DNA from: Candidatus Latescibacterota bacterium
GTDB lineage: Bacteria > Latescibacterota > UBA2968 > GCA-2709665
Assembly (NCBI GenBank): GCA_965219995.1
Contig: CBDCOX010000002.1
Location: 4,160,001-4,224,000 of the forward strand
Direction of reading: 5' to 3'
DNA length: 64,000 bases
Part shown: positions 62,860-64,000 of the stretch, in pieces
Layout of the letters: the number at the start of each line of letters is the position of its first letter
How positions within the stretch are numbered: the first letter of the stretch is position 1
Notes under the pieces: model-generated
Seen by the model: only the letters and a program-made list of their open reading frames with translations
Told to the model about the DNA's origin: nothing
The model's database searches: none
Program-made: the position numbers and the translations under genes

Positions 62860-63999
62860 CTATTGAAAAGGCGCCGTTTCGGGCATTGTCAACACGCCGT
62901 TCGACGGGATCAGACCGAGGCGGCGAGCCAGAGCGACGACCGGTTCTAGCTGGCGCATCGTATGTACCCATGCGGAAGCAACGGCGGAATCACTGCTGCG
63001 TACGATGCCGTGTTCCAGGAGGTATTCCCACGTGGACTTCGGCCTCGGATAAACCCGCAGCCGGAGTTCGGCATCCGGCGGCAGTTGCGCCGCTTCGCGA
63101 ACAACCTGCAGCGCTTTTCGATATCCACCCAGCTCGTCCACCAGCCCCAACGCCCTGGCGTCCTCTCCGGTCCAGATCCGTCCCCGGGCGATGTCAAGTA
63201 CCCGCTCCTTCGTAAGCGAACGCCCCTCCGCGACCTTGTCGGTGAAATCCTCATACACCGTGTCCAGCCACGCCTGAAACAGTGCCCATTCTTCGTCCGA
63301 AAAGTCCTTCGTGCCGGTCCACATGGTGGAATGGGCGCTGGTGTGGACTTCATCCCACGAGATGCCGGTTTTCTCCCACATGCCCGAAGTCAGCATCTTG
63401 CCCGCCACGACGCCGATGGAGCCGGTGATCGTTCCAGGTTGTGCCACGATCCGGTCTGCGGCCATGGCAACGAAGTATCCGCCGGAACCCGCCACGTCGC
63501 CCATGGATACCACGACCGGTTTGCCCGCATCCCGGGCCCGCACGGTCTCGCGCCAGATCGCGTCGGAGGCGACGTAAGAACCGCCTGGACTGTCGACGCG
63601 GAACAGGATCGCTTCGACCTCGTTGTCGCGAACAGCGCTCCGAAAGGCCCTGGCGACCGTATCCGATCCCATCGTGGTCGCCCCCGATGCGGGGTCGAAA
63701 TCGCTCTTGCCCCGCGTCACGCCGCCGACACCGTAGATCAATGCAACGGTCTCCGTCTGCTCGTCCGGCTGTTCCGTACGCTTCAGATACTTGCGCAGCG
63801 TCAGGTATTTCGCGCCCGCGTCCACCTGTTCTTTCACGCGTTCGTAGACCTCGTCCCGGTACGCCAACCCGTCTACCAGCCCGGCCTCGAGCGCGTCCCT
63901 GGAGAAGAACGGCCCCCGATCGAACAGGTCGCGTACCGTCTCGTACGGCAGGCCGCGCTTGTCTGCGATTCCCCGTACCAACTGATCGAATTGCGAATC
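62860..63999 (-). CDS. sppA: Signal peptide peptidase SppA (5' part beyond the window)
   Basis: RVDSPGGS, SMGDVAGSGGY, TGSIGV, GRIWTG and GLVDELGG motifs. Confidence 0.93.
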   Translation of the reverse strand, partial: DSQFDQLVRGIADKRGLPYETVRDLFDRGPFFSRDALEAGLVDGLAYRDEVYERVKEQVDAGAKYLTLRKYLKRTEQPDEQTETVALIYGVGGVTRGKSDFDPASGATTMGSDTVARAFRSAVRDNEVEAILFRVDSPGGSYVASDAIWRETVRARDAGKPVVVSMGDVAGSGGYFVAMAADRIVAQPGTITGSIGVVAGKMLTSGMWEKTGISWDEVHTSAHSTMWTGTKDFSDEEWALFQAWLDTVYEDFTDKVAEGRSLTKERVLDIARGRIWTGEDARALGLVDELGGYRKALQVVREAAQLPPDAELRLRVYPRPKSTWEYLLEHGIVRSSDSAVASAWVHTMRQLEPVVALARRLGLIPSNGVLTMPETAPFQ

Positions 64000-64000
64000 C

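Overview
This is a GC-rich bacterial chromosomal window. The gene repertoire (heparinase-like and CocE/NonD hydrolases, a propeller-sigma54 fusion, a cadherin/FN3/LRR surface protein) suggests a Latescibacterota/Poribacteria-like organism, but that is inference. No rRNA, tRNA or CRISPR array was seen. Contents in order: (1) 0-8.1 kb: a Zn/metal-uptake cluster (ABC transporter, Fur/Zur regulator, TonB receptor with Fur-type boxes, PepSY protein, Cys-rich ferredoxin-like protein, COG0523 GTPase). (2) 9.5-16.3 kb: a lower-GC defence-type island with an antitoxin-like gene and a broken RelE-like toxin, a ubiquitin-like protein / DUF6791-ThiF (E1) / DUF6527 operon, and an EcoRI-family adenine MTase plus DUF262-HNH nuclease. 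(3) Catabolic and housekeeping genes, including monomeric icd, plant-type ilvC, glyA, and plant-type pyrB behind a predicted leader-peptide attenuator. (4) 35.6-37.0 kb: an AT-rich, translationally coupled RHH-GNAT-XRE cassette. (5) 55.9-62.3 kb: a beta-propeller sigma54 activator, palindromic UAS, a perfect -24/-12 promoter and a eukaryote-like LRR surface protein. A nested MITE/heptamer-repeat family occupies several intergenic regions. The best candidates for poorly described systems are the divergent ubiquitination-like operon and the RHH-GNAT-XRE cassette. All family assignments come from motif recognition by eye; no searches were run.
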